A DNA stretch of 40,662 nt from IMG/VR virus record IMGVR_UViG_3300028599_000003; one strand, 5' to 3'. The position numbers and the translations under genes were made by a program. Under the pieces are notes generated by a model, which saw only the letters and a program-made list of their open reading frames with translations, was not told where the DNA came from and ran no database searches. This stretch comes from a virus. Positions 20,936 to 29,897 of the stretch are shown in pieces (position 1 is the stretch's first letter; each line of letters opens with the position of its first letter).

Positions 20936-23125
20936 CTATTTAATATTCTTGAATCCGGATCTCCTAACTTTAGAACTTCCCAATGTCTTATTACGGCCTA
21001 TATTTCTAAAAGGACCACTATACTTTAATTTACTCAATTTTTCTGAATTATCCAAAGAATTACCTTCTGATTCACGTCTTTTTGTATAACCTCTATTTGA
21101 TTGTTGAATTTTTACAAATGCAATTAATGCACCAAAGGTAACAAGTCTATCTACGTTTAAACCAGGATAATATGCTGCCATCTCTTTAAGTAACATTCCA
21201 TCTGGAATTCTTTCTATACCTAAAGTTTGTTTCATTACATTACCATTTTCATCAAGCTCTTCATCAATTACCTCTCTTAAAAATTCTATTGCGTAGGATA
21301 TTAAATGGCTTTTAAATAATGTACCTGTATTCTTCCATCCATATTCTTGATATACTGTTCTATTAGAACCTAGATCTTTTAAGAAAAGAATTTGTTGTTT
21401 TGGTACAAGGTATCTTTGTTTTTTTCTAGCAATCATATGTTGAATAAATAATGATATATTATTTTCAACAATTGTCCATGCATTATACCACTCAATGATC
21501 ATTTCTAATCTTTCATGAGTTTTATTTATATCATCAAAACGCCCACACCATGCTGCTACAATTTTATCTTTTTCAATAAACTGTTCTACTTCACCTGACA
21601 CAGTTGTTCTTGTTACTTCTGTTGCATTTTTATAAATATAAATACTACATAAAGAATCTGATGTAGTTGTTTTACCTTCTGACACAGGATCAATAGATCC
21701 ATAGTATGCACCAAAGGCTGGGCTTTTTACTGGTCTTTCCCAAACAACAATAGATCCTGTTTTATCAACTTCCTTTTTATTTACTGGAAATGTAGATATG
21801 GGAAGTTTTTTTGTGCGTTTTGCAACTATACCTGTTTGATCTCTGTCTAATACTATAAGCTCATATGGGTATTCTTTTTCCTCTACTCTTTTTTGTTGTC
21901 TACTTAAAATTCCTTGTGGGAATACTGACTCTTTTCTATATGCAAATGCCTCAGCAATATTTAGAGGTTTCTGAGATATTCTTAACTGGAATTGTTCTCC
22001 ACTTAATTCATTTCTCCACCTATTTCTTTCTATATCTATAGCTTCTATGGCTTCTTTAACTTGAGAGTTGCCATAATCATCTATATAAGGGGGCATAGAC
22101 CACTGTTCTGGAATAAATAACCCTGCCATACCAATTGTACCATCAGCATCCATAAGATCCGTCTGTACTGCATAAATATCATTAGCACCTGGATTTAAAA
22201 TCATATCCTTTAACGGACCACATTGTTCTAAATCACCCACTGAACCAGCAGCAATAAATTGACCTGTAGTCATCATACCAGATGACATAGCTGGACGCAA
22301 GTACTCATAAGTCTGCATCATGTTTTTTGCAATTCCTGCTTCCTCATGAAAGAAATATGTACATGGACCCCCTACCCCTGTGGTAGCATTCTTTTCAAAT
22401 GAAGCACCTTGTATCTTTGATTTAAGACCTCTTGATGTTTTTCTGTTGTTTATTTTGACTTCAATTTGCTGTTGCCATAACAATACCTTTTCTGGATTAC
22501 TAGGTCTATACCATGCAGTATGTTCATTAAGGAATGTTTTATATTCCTCTAAAAACTTCCATGATCCTTTATCATTAATATAATCTTTTAGTGATGCACC
22601 AATTTTACATATGGATCCTTCCTCAAACCAATATTGATTAATGATTTTACCCATGTGAAAATAAGAAGATGCAATCTGACGTTTTTTAAGTATAGCTACA
22701 TGCTGATTATTTAACTCAGCTATTACTTCATACAAAGCCATATGATACTGAGCATCTCTTACTTTAGCAAACCCATAATGTTTTTCTTCCTTATCAAAGA
22801 TAGGAAGGAAGTTGAGCCACATATAATAATCTCTAGTTAGGTACCAATGTTTGTCCCCATCTTTATAAATTACACCTGATCTACATTTGTTTTTTTGATC
22901 TTCCCAGTATGCTATAAAATCTTTAGACCTAAACGGAGCATTACAATAAAAACCTTCTTTATTAAATATCTGTGCTTGCTCATTAAACTTAAGTGCAATT
23001 TTATTAAACTCATATTTTCCAGGCTCTTTAAATATGGATTCTAGGTATTCTCTAAACTCTACATCTGATTTAAATTCAGTTGTTGTCCATAAACCTTTAT
23101 CATATGTTGGTATGATTCTACTCAT
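20936..23125 (-). CDS. terL: Terminase large subunit
   Basis: 729 aa; LKKRQIASS Walker A-like, FFHEEAG Walker B, SIDP and NVDRL nuclease-domain acidic motifs. Confidence 0.9.
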   Translation of the reverse strand: MSRIIPTYDKGLWTTTEFKSDVEFREYLESIFKEPGKYEFNKIALKFNEQAQIFNKEGFYCNAPFRSKDFIAYWEDQKNKCRSGVIYKDGDKHWYLTRDYYMWLNFLPIFDKEEKHYGFAKVRDAQYHMALYEVIAELNNQHVAILKKRQIASSYFHMGKIINQYWFEEGSICKIGASLKDYINDKGSWKFLEEYKTFLNEHTAWYRPSNPEKVLLWQQQIEVKINNRKTSRGLKSKIQGASFEKNATTGVGGPCTYFFHEEAGIAKNMMQTYEYLRPAMSSGMMTTGQFIAAGSVGDLEQCGPLKDMILNPGANDIYAVQTDLMDADGTIGMAGLFIPEQWSMPPYIDDYGNSQVKEAIEAIDIERNRWRNELSGEQFQLRISQKPLNIAEAFAYRKESVFPQGILSRQQKRVEEKEYPYELIVLDRDQTGIVAKRTKKLPISTFPVNKKEVDKTGSIVVWERPVKSPAFGAYYGSIDPVSEGKTTTSDSLCSIYIYKNATEVTRTTVSGEVEQFIEKDKIVAAWCGRFDDINKTHERLEMIIEWYNAWTIVENNISLFIQHMIARKKQRYLVPKQQILFLKDLGSNRTVYQEYGWKNTGTLFKSHLISYAIEFLREVIDEELDENGNVMKQTLGIERIPDGMLLKEMAAYYPGLNVDRLVTFGALIAFVKIQQSNRGYTKRRESEGNSLDNSEKLSKLKYSGPFRNIGRNKTLGSSKVRRSGFKNIK

Positions 23126-23396
23126 ACCTTATGATAGCATATACATCTCCTACTTGCAATAATAAATGTTCTTCACCATGATGTTGCATTGGTGTAGGCA
23201 TTGCATGATCTGCATATTGTACCACATCCCCTATTTGAATTTCTGTTACTTCATCCCCACGTCCTACAACCAAACCTTGAAATGTTTGTTTACGGGCCAT
23301 TTCAGGTAATATAATTCCAGAAGCTGTTTTAGACTCTGCTTTTATTTCCTTTATGAGTAACTTCATCCCCACTGGTACTACTACTTGATTTTTCAT
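23118..23396 (-). CDS. groES: Co-chaperonin GroES (cpn10)
   Basis: 92 aa; PVGMKLLI...KTASGIILP mobile loop, VVGRG...IGDVVQY, LLLQVGDVYAII. Confidence 0.9.
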   Translation of the reverse strand: MKNQVVVPVGMKLLIKEIKAESKTASGIILPEMARKQTFQGLVVGRGDEVTEIQIGDVVQYADHAMPTPMQHHGEEHLLLQVGDVYAIIRYE

Positions 23397-23472
23397 TCTT
23401 TTTATTTGTTGATTTATTATTAAATTCTAGTTCATCCCAATAACAAAAATGCCATTCTATTTTTTTATTCAT
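23329..23472 (-). CDS. Possible small ORF overlapping groES start
   Basis: 47 aa MNKKIEWHFCYWDELEF...; ATG abuts stop of 23473-23991. Confidence 0.3.
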   Translation of the reverse strand: MNKKIEWHFCYWDELEFNNKSTNKKNEKSSSSTSGDEVTHKGNKSRV

Positions 23473-23991
23473 TTACATTTGATCATAAGATAATCCAGCA
23501 CCTCCACGCACTGAACTTTCTTGTTCTTGTTGCATATCAGTAAATGCACCTTTATATGATTGTCTGATTTGCTCAAATTTAGCTGCAGCATTTATCATAG
23601 AGTTCATGTTACCATCTCTACCATGTTCAATAGGGGTTACCTCCATATACCTTGCTAATCTATCTAACATAGCTTTAATACCCACGTAGGCCCTATAGGT
23701 AGGTGTTTCATACATTTGTTTACACATATCTATTGCATATCTTATCTTACCATCTTCTGGAGATTCTTCTAAACCAATTTCTTCTATAATAATATCTTCT
23801 TTCTCATGTTCTGGAAGATTAAAGAAAGGATTTAAATCTGGGTTAGGGCAAGTCATGTAAAATAAATATTGATATACCTGCATGTGTGTGTCAGGATATG
23901 TATCCATTATTTTTTTTAAAAATGGTAAAGCATAACAGTGCTCTGTTAATACCACCTTGCTGTTTTGTATGTCAAATAATCTTATTACCAT
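23473..23991 (-). CDS. Conserved crAss-like protein upstream of terL (possible small terminase subunit)
   Basis: 172 aa helical protein ending VRGGAGLSYDQM; position. Confidence 0.5.
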   Translation of the reverse strand: MVIRLFDIQNSKVVLTEHCYALPFLKKIMDTYPDTHMQVYQYLFYMTCPNPDLNPFFNLPEHEKEDIIIEEIGLEESPEDGKIRYAIDMCKQMYETPTYRAYVGIKAMLDRLARYMEVTPIEHGRDGNMNSMINAAAKFEQIRQSYKGAFTDMQQEQESSVRGGAGLSYDQM

Positions 23992-23994
23992 ATC

Positions 23995-24336
23995 TTAAAA
24001 ACAATTACATCCGTCTTCATATAAATCATCTCTATTTATTGTCAGCATTAGTGTTCTTAAATAAGCAGCAGACTGAGTTACAACAAAAGGTGTTATTATA
24101 TTCCTTAAATAAACCATTCTCCTATCAGGAAACTTATTTTCTGGTGTCCCAATATATAATTCTGCTACTGCAATTATATCATTTCTATTAATAAAAAATG
24201 GTTTAGTTTTATTATAATCAGTTTCTTGAGTTGATTGATAATTATTACTCTCATCTCCAGGTGTAATTAGTGTAGTAGGAAATGCTTGAGTTAACTCTAT
24301 ATAATTATTATCATATAATGCTATTTTTTTTGACAT
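23995..24336 (-). CDS. Hypothetical protein
   Basis: 113 aa, tightly packed in operon. Confidence 0.65.
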   Translation of the reverse strand: MSKKIALYDNNYIELTQAFPTTLITPGDESNNYQSTQETDYNKTKPFFINRNDIIAVAELYIGTPENKFPDRRMVYLRNIITPFVVTQSAAYLRTLMLTINRDDLYEDGCNCF

Positions 24337-24342
24337 AATCTT

Positions 24343-25158
24343 TTATTTTTTATTTTCTTTTAACCACATAATAATAGAATTTACTTCATCCTTTAAATAT
24401 GGTAATTCATAGATTTTAATTTTCTCTAATACTGGTTCTCCATTTACATGTTCATTAATAGGATAGCCATTTGTATCTTCACCCACTTGTTTAAACTTTA
24501 CATGTTGAATTGTTAGTTTTCCAATTTTAAGTTGAGGGTTGTGCTTTTTAATAATATACGCATAAATACTGAGTTGAAGGTTATAATGGTTTAAATTACA
24601 ATCATCTAAATGATTAACGGGCTTATACATTTTATTAGTAATGCCCTCCCAATTTGTAAATCCTTTATCTTTTATTTCTTTATTTGTTTTGTAATCATTA
24701 ATGTTAATATATCCATTTACAACTTCAACAACATCAGCTTGTCCACATAAACCTACTGATTTTAAGTATACTAAGTGTTCAGGATATAATCCATCTTTTA
24801 ATTTTTGAACAGGTGCAAATTTAATACCTTCATCATTAATGATTGGTTTTATAATTGGCACTTCTACTCCATGACGGCCTATAGTATCTAGTTCCATCAT
24901 ATCTGCTTCTCTTTGATCATGATAAAAGTTACCCAACTTTATAGCTCTTGCTGTCTCACCATCCCATGCAGCCAGAATTTCTTTAGGTGTCATACCATAC
25001 CACTTGGACCTTTTATTTTTAGCTGATTTTTTAGCTTGACCATCTCTATCAAACTTAGGTTTAAACTTAGCAATAAATGAAGTTACACTTAGCCAGTTTA
25101 TTTTTTCATCATCTGTACTCTCATACACATGACCTTCTTCTACAAATTTTAGTCCCAT
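24343..25158 (-). CDS. PD-(D/E)XK (RecB/Cas4-like) nuclease
   Basis: SVTSFI, GNFYH, CGQADVV...INDYKT, YNLQLSIY motifs; start reassigned to MGLKF (25158) because the TTG extension overlaps another ORF. Confidence 0.85.
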   Translation of the reverse strand: MGLKFVEEGHVYESTDDEKINWLSVTSFIAKFKPKFDRDGQAKKSAKNKRSKWYGMTPKEILAAWDGETARAIKLGNFYHDQREADMMELDTIGRHGVEVPIIKPIINDEGIKFAPVQKLKDGLYPEHLVYLKSVGLCGQADVVEVVNGYININDYKTNKEIKDKGFTNWEGITNKMYKPVNHLDDCNLNHYNLQLSIYAYIIKKHNPQLKIGKLTIQHVKFKQVGEDTNGYPINEHVNGEPVLEKIKIYELPYLKDEVNSIIMWLKENKK

Positions 25159-25168
25159 GGTTTTATTT

Positions 25169-25324
25169 TTATGTTGTTGTTGTTGTATAATCAAACGCAG
25201 GAATTGAATAAGTATTTATTATTGTAGTAGCCTTTTCAGTTAATAAAGTAACTGCTTCTTCTCTAGTTATTTGTTCTTCAGCTAACAATTCCCCTACTAT
25301 TTGTTCCTTAGTTAATTTTTTCAT
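25169..25324 (-). CDS. Small hypothetical protein, absent from ORF track
   Basis: 51 aa MKKLTKEQIVGELLAEEQITREEAVTLL...; fills the gap between flanking genes. Confidence 0.6.
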   Translation of the reverse strand: MKKLTKEQIVGELLAEEQITREEAVTLLTEKATTIINTYSIPAFDYTTTTT

Positions 25325-25643
25325 TTTCAATTTTTTTGGTTATTATTTCTTCTTCTTCTTCTGTTGTATAGGCATCCCAGTATCCCTTTGGGCACTCTGA
25401 GGATAGTGACCTAACCTTAAATGCTAAACTACAACCACAGTCACTACAGCATGGCTGTGTGCCTGGTGCCAAACAATCATCACCTTTTGCATCAAACAAA
25501 GAACAAGCAATACATTTTTGAAATCTATCAGTAGCAACTGCTTCAATATGTTCCTTTTTAAAAACGTTATTCTTAATTCCTTCAGCAATCTTATCAGCAT
25601 TTTTAAATACATCAAGATATTTTGACCATTTATTCTTTGACAT
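25308..25643 (-). CDS. Zn-binding protein
   Basis: 111 aa; CIAC...C...CCSDCGC...CPKGYW. Confidence 0.7.
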   Translation of the reverse strand: MSKNKWSKYLDVFKNADKIAEGIKNNVFKKEHIEAVATDRFQKCIACSLFDAKGDDCLAPGTQPCCSDCGCSLAFKVRSLSSECPKGYWDAYTTEEEEEIITKKIENEKIN

Positions 25644-25989
25644 TTTTAAACTTCTTTTTTCTAATTATATCTTGTTCTAATTGAAGCATTGCACTTTCCA
25701 TTTGAACTATATTATTTTGTATATCTTCACTTTTAGCAAATCCATTATAAGTTCTTTTAGCAATGTTTCCTAAAAGACTTTTATTTTTTAATATTGCCTT
25801 ATCTAATTTATTTTTTCTTAGATAAAAAGTACCTAATCCATCTATATTTATTCTAGGATAAGCTAGAGTTGATAATTTCTTTCTCACCTTTGCATAATAG
25901 AATGAAACAAAATCATCTACTACTGAAGGATGAACACCAACTTCATCAGCTATTCCTTTCTTAAAATCTCTATGATTCTTCGGGTTCAC
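25630..25989 (-). CDS. IHF/HU-like DNA-binding protein
   Basis: 119 aa basic; IADEVGV...RINIDGLGTFYLR HU/IHF signature; such genes occur in crAss-like capsid modules. Confidence 0.7.
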   Translation of the reverse strand: MNPKNHRDFKKGIADEVGVHPSVVDDFVSFYYAKVRKKLSTLAYPRINIDGLGTFYLRKNKLDKAILKNKSLLGNIAKRTYNGFAKSEDIQNNIVQMESAMLQLEQDIIRKKKFKNVKE

Positions 25990-26341
25990 GTCCTAATATT
26001 TTATAATCTAATAATACTAGCCCATTAGATTGAACATTAATATCTGGATTTAAAGAAATAGTTTTTTTGTTATGCCCTTTTTTAATTAATAAGTTTTTTT
26101 TCTCAGCTTTTGTTATTGCATTTCTAGCTGACTGAGAACTTTTAAATATACCTTTACTTACTGCATCTGAGCAAAACTTTGTTAATTCTATTTCTTGAAC
26201 CTTAGCTAATTCAGTTAAAAACTTTAAGTCAGAATTACTTATCAATGTATTATTAAAGAAACAATATGTAACTATCTGAAACTTTATTGAAACATTAATA
26301 TCTACTTGATGTTTTAAATCTACTTTATTTACTATAGCCAT
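25970..26341 (-). CDS. Putative winged-helix DNA-binding protein
   Basis: 123 aa; SSQSARNAITKAEKKNLLIK...ISLNP pattern. Confidence 0.5.
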   Translation of the reverse strand: MAIVNKVDLKHQVDINVSIKFQIVTYCFFNNTLISNSDLKFLTELAKVQEIELTKFCSDAVSKGIFKSSQSARNAITKAEKKNLLIKKGHNKKTISLNPDINVQSNGLVLLDYKILGREPEES

Positions 26342-26343
26342 AA

Positions 26344-27264
26344 TTATAAACTCATTATCATATCAACAAAGTTAGGGTGTGGATAGCAATCCATTTTACC
26401 CTTACGTACATTGGTATGTGTTAATAAACCTTTTATTTTACCATAGAATGCATCAGATTGAAATTCAAAACCTTTATGAGGACCGTGTTTTTTAATAAAC
26501 TGCTGTAATCCAAGTCTAACATCTATTTCATCTCTTTCAGCTACATATTTGATCCACTTTTCAGTTTCTCTAATTTGTGCATCTGAATATGAATGCCAAT
26601 ATAATTTACCTTTAAATGGTTCTTCAAGTTCTGTTACTTGTTCAGGTATACATTTAGATCCAACATAAGTTAAGTAATTTTTATCTAGATAACCCATATT
26701 ACATATTTCTAAACCTACTGAATGACGGTTCATAAAACCAGAACCAGTCTTACCTAAGTGCCACCCCTGACAACCTTCTGGAAATGCTTGTACCATTACA
26801 CCATCAAACTCATCATCCCCATTCCTATGATTAATACCACCTAAAACAAACTCAGTAGCTATACTCCCTCTGCTATCTCTACCCCAATGATCAATACATC
26901 TATATGGATTAGGATTACCTGCTGTATGATGTAAGAATATGTAATCATTTTTTATAGGTCCTTTTAAATATTCACCTTTAGGTAAATAATGCCTATGAAT
27001 AACCTGATCATAATCTGTTTTAAAGTATTGGGTTGATACATCAGTATCTTCAGTTATTCCATCAGGAACATTATGTTCCATATTTAGAACTAATACCCAT
27101 GTGTCAGAATCAACAACACCAGTGACCATTAATTCTTTATCTAATTGGAATCTTTCTACAGCTTTTTCTGTTAAAGGTCCGAAGACCCCATCTGTGGTAA
27201 GTCCTAATGCTGTCTGTAGTGTTTTGACATCAGAACCCCTGCTACCTTTCTTAAGCTGTTTCAC
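26344..27264 (-). CDS. Endolysin: peptidoglycan-binding domain plus N-acetylmuramoyl-L-alanine amidase
   Basis: LKKGSRGSDVKTLQTALG...DGVFGPLTEKAVERFQ (PG-binding); IFLHHTAG, WHLG, SVGLEI, LLTH...KMDC (Zn amidase_2). Confidence 0.9.
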   Translation of the reverse strand: MKQLKKGSRGSDVKTLQTALGLTTDGVFGPLTEKAVERFQLDKELMVTGVVDSDTWVLVLNMEHNVPDGITEDTDVSTQYFKTDYDQVIHRHYLPKGEYLKGPIKNDYIFLHHTAGNPNPYRCIDHWGRDSRGSIATEFVLGGINHRNGDDEFDGVMVQAFPEGCQGWHLGKTGSGFMNRHSVGLEICNMGYLDKNYLTYVGSKCIPEQVTELEEPFKGKLYWHSYSDAQIRETEKWIKYVAERDEIDVRLGLQQFIKKHGPHKGFEFQSDAFYGKIKGLLTHTNVRKGKMDCYPHPNFVDMIMSL

Positions 27265-27562
27265 CTTGCATAGCTTTTACCATTGCTTCTTGAAATGCTT
27301 TGCCTTCTTCAGTGTTAGGATCTGGTTGGCCTTCACCTTTTTGACTAGCATATTGCTGTGCCATAAACATCTGAGCTTGCATACGCTCTGCTCTAGATTT
27401 TTCAATAGCTGCTAATAAGCCTTCATAGTCAGCTTGAATTTCTAAATGAGGTATGTTTTCTTTGTAGAATTCAGTGATCTCTTCTCTACGTGCTGCCATT
27501 TCTTCTTTTGACATTTTAGGATCTGCGTCTTGAAGATTTGGATTGGTTTTTGAATTTGACAT
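27251..27562 (-). CDS. Hypothetical helical protein
   Basis: 103 aa overlapping endolysin start; TACATTTG box upstream. Confidence 0.7.
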   Translation of the reverse strand: MSNSKTNPNLQDADPKMSKEEMAARREEITEFYKENIPHLEIQADYEGLLAAIEKSRAERMQAQMFMAQQYASQKGEGQPDPNTEEGKAFQEAMVKAMQGETA

Positions 27563-27589
27563 TTTTACGTTTTTAAAAGTTTATAAAAA

Positions 27590-27597
27590 CAAATGTA
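27590..27597 (-). promoter_or_regulatory. Bacteroidota -7 box (TAnnTTTG)
   Basis: TACATTTG about 28 nt upstream of ATG 27562. Confidence 0.5.
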
Positions 27598-27623
27598 CTA
27601 AAAATAGTTTAAATAAAAAAAGT

Positions 27624-27884
27624 TTACATACTTATTTTAGAAACCGTATTACGTCTCAATACGTCTATTAACATTTTAGCTTCCGAGTATTGCCATATTT
27701 TAATTGTATATGACGGATCTTGAATATACCATCCACCATCTTCTTCAGCTTCATCATTACCTCCAGAGTGAAATAGCATATCACCAAACTCAATACTAAA
27801 ATAATAATATCCTTCTGGCCAATCATCATCTTCATGGTGACCCATCTTAGTAAATCCTAATTCTCTTAATTGTGCTGCTGTCAT
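27624..27884 (-). CDS. Hypothetical protein
   Basis: 86 aa MTAAQLRELGF..., acidic/aromatic. Confidence 0.7.
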   Translation of the reverse strand: MTAAQLRELGFTKMGHHEDDDWPEGYYYFSIEFGDMLFHSGGNDEAEEDGGWYIQDPSYTIKIWQYSEAKMLIDVLRRNTVSKISM

Positions 27885-27887
27885 AAT

Positions 27888-28178
27888 CTACCATTTAACT
27901 TTATCTGCCCAGTATGCTGCAGACATCTTACCTTTCTTTATATTCTTTCCGTGTCTAGCCTTAAAAGACTTACGCTTTGCTTTCATTTTAGCTGACTCAC
28001 CTGCTTTTGGTTTACCTGCTGTACTAGCGCCTTGTTCTCCAAAACGAATAGTCTTAACCTTATCTCCTACTTTAGCTACAACTACGTGAGACTTCTTAGG
28101 ATGCCCTGGGGTACGCTTAGGCTTATTAAAACCTGATACACCTGCTCTTGCTAATCTACTATCTTTTTTAGTTGCCAT
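27888..28178 (-). CDS. Small very basic protein
   Basis: 96 aa Lys/Arg-rich; KTIRFG...RKSFKARH...SAAYWA motif recalled from a widespread phage/giant-virus family. Confidence 0.75.
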   Translation of the reverse strand: MATKKDSRLARAGVSGFNKPKRTPGHPKKSHVVVAKVGDKVKTIRFGEQGASTAGKPKAGESAKMKAKRKSFKARHGKNIKKGKMSAAYWADKVKW

Positions 28179-28180
28179 AA

Positions 28181-28708
28181 TTAATGTGCTTTAGCTTGTA
28201 TAACAATCCACTCTGTACCATCAGACCAAACAGATACACCTTCATATCTTTTAGAAATCTCAAAATCTGATCCACCATCTATAGTATCTCCTGGAGCTGC
28301 AGTAATAAAAATCTTATCTTGTGCTCCATTATCTAAACTACCATCTGTAATAATTCTAATATTTCTATATCGTAATGAAGATGCAAGAGGTAAATTAAGA
28401 ATATAGTTTCCATTTCCAAGACCATCCCAAGATATATCTATTAAGTCATAATTAGTGGGCATTGTAGAAGATCCTCCAGCACCAGCTAAAAGATTAAAAG
28501 GTTCTAGTGTGACTAGTTTAGAAGTATTATTGTTTACAAAAGATACTAAGTCTTTTGCTAATATTAATTCTGTATTCACCTTTGGATTTGGTTTTAATCT
28601 TTCATGGGGTGTTTCATATCTAGATATAATAAAATAATCATCTAGTTTAAGTTTGTCAACTTTCTTTCTTGAAAGCATACCCATCATATCTTGTAATATT
28701 GTACTCAT
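28181..28708 (-). CDS. Putative head fibre protein
   Basis: 175 aa; C-terminal LNLPLAS...DTIDG...VWSDGTEWIVI beta-sandwich typical of phage fibre tips. Confidence 0.55.
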   Translation of the reverse strand: MSTILQDMMGMLSRKKVDKLKLDDYFIISRYETPHERLKPNPKVNTELILAKDLVSFVNNNTSKLVTLEPFNLLAGAGGSSTMPTNYDLIDISWDGLGNGNYILNLPLASSLRYRNIRIITDGSLDNGAQDKIFITAAPGDTIDGGSDFEISKRYEGVSVWSDGTEWIVIQAKAH

Positions 28709-28947
28709 CTTTTTTTACCTTTATGCAAACCGTGGCTTGCGTGTTGTTTACCTTTCTTTGTTGCAGCACGTTTCTTTTTATTAGCTGCTGCTAATTTAGC
28801 TTTACCTTTTTTAGTACTCTTTAGTTTAGCAATAGTTTTCTTTGGAGCATATACTTCACCTGTCTCAGAACTTTTCTTTCCTGATGCAGTTGTCCATTTT
28901 TGCTTTGTCCATCTAGTAAGACTTTTTTGTTGTTTAGTCTTTGCCAT
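28705..28947 (-). CDS. Small very basic protein (C-terminal half of a DUF5872-like protein)
   Basis: 80 aa QKSLTRWTKQKW...GEVYAPKK...KKGKQ. Confidence 0.7.
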   Translation of the reverse strand: MAKTKQQKSLTRWTKQKWTTASGKKSSETGEVYAPKKTIAKLKSTKKGKAKLAAANKKKRAATKKGKQHASHGLHKGKKR

Positions 28948-29177
28948 TACTTATTATGTTTACATTGAAACTGCCCAAGTCTAATAATATCTTTTTCTAA
29001 TGCTACAATTTTATCTTCCGACTCATTAATCATTTTGATTTTCTTTTCTAGCCTAGATTCTAGTACTACCATATCATCTGATAGTTGTGCTATCTGACTA
29101 TATGCAATACCCATAGTAAATATAATACCTATGATCCAAATTATATTACCGATATTTAGGGTTAAGTCTTTCATCAT
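28947..29177 (-). CDS. Single-TM coiled-coil membrane protein (holin/spanin-like candidate)
   Basis: IIWIIGIIFTMGIAY hydrophobic helix then heptad-rich segment. Confidence 0.55.
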   Translation of the reverse strand: MMKDLTLNIGNIIWIIGIIFTMGIAYSQIAQLSDDMVVLESRLEKKIKMINESEDKIVALEKDIIRLGQFQCKHNK

Positions 29178-29368
29178 TTCTTGGATTTGTATCCGCCTCC
29201 GTTAGCTTTATAACGTTTAGCAAGCATTTGAGCTTTACGTGCAGACCATTGTCCAGGAGCTCCACCTTTACTACCAGCCTTGATAGAATTAAATAATCTT
29301 TTACGCATTCCCGGTTTAGTATAATTACCCGATGCATTTACTGTACTCTTTTTCTTTTTGGTTGCCAT
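29174..29368 (-). CDS. Small very basic protein (N-terminal half of a DUF5872-like protein)
   Basis: 64 aa YTKPGMRKRL...GGAPGQWSARKAQMLAKRYKANGGGYK. Confidence 0.75.
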   Translation of the reverse strand: MATKKKKSTVNASGNYTKPGMRKRLFNSIKAGSKGGAPGQWSARKAQMLAKRYKANGGGYKSKK

Positions 29369-29373
29369 AATTC

Positions 29374-29697
29374 TTATGCTTCAAATGTTTCAGGGTATGA
29401 TTTATTCATTACATCCCTCAACTGTGCACACTTCTCATAGTCTTCTTCTTCTATGAAGTATGATATCATGTTTTTAAACTCTTCTTCCTTCGGTCCATTG
29501 TCTGGATCATAAGCCATCACTAATTCTCTTCCCTCACTAAATTGATTTGCCATCAATTCATCAAACGTGATCACACCAGTCAACAACATCCAGGCATTGT
29601 TGTAAGCAGTGTCAAGTATAATTGCGTCCATCTGCATCTGCTCCACCTCATTTAAACCACCTCCCTTGTCTTCATTATTGTCATCCCAGTTTGCCAT
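29374..29697 (-). CDS. Acidic protein with C-terminal UVR (UvrB/UvrC) motif
   Basis: FIEEEDYEKCAQLRDVM matches the UVR coiled-coil motif; first gene of the minus-strand block. Confidence 0.7.
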   Translation of the reverse strand: MANWDDNNEDKGGGLNEVEQMQMDAIILDTAYNNAWMLLTGVITFDELMANQFSEGRELVMAYDPDNGPKEEEFKNMISYFIEEEDYEKCAQLRDVMNKSYPETFEA

Positions 29698-29857
29698 AGT
29701 ATTTTATTTAGTGTGAAACCCTTCTATAAGAACAATATACTAAATTTCTAAATCCTATAAAAATTTTTAAGTAAGAACATGCCCCCGCCTACTGTTAAAT
29801 TGTCCTCCTGGCCCCCACAAAAGTTATGTGTTTGGCGTGCTTGAGAGGTATATATGA

Positions 29858-29872
29858 TCTGCTCCCCAACTA
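29858..29872 (+). repeat. Conserved box copy 1 (TCTGCTCCCCAACTA)
   Basis: 14/15 identical to copies at 30118 and 30720; GGCGTGCTT upstream shared with copy 3. Confidence 0.8.
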
Positions 29873-29897
29873 AATTTTGCGGTGAGGGTACCCCCTA

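Noticed and set aside
20936-23125. Intein or group I intron in terminase (common in crAss-like phages)
   Set aside because: Single continuous ORF of normal size with no intein or LAGLIDADG motifs seen.
24343-25194. Cas4/CRISPR-Cas system and the poly-Gln N-terminus of the nuclease
   Set aside because: It is a solo PD-(D/E)XK nuclease with no cas genes or array; the QQQQ extension comes from an upstream TTG overlapping a separate small ORF.
1409-27415. Plus-strand and alternate-frame ORFs nested in structural genes (e.g. 3274-3522, 8395-8784, 17746-18087, 27101-27415)
   Set aside because: Shadow frames caused by codon bias of the real minus-strand genes.
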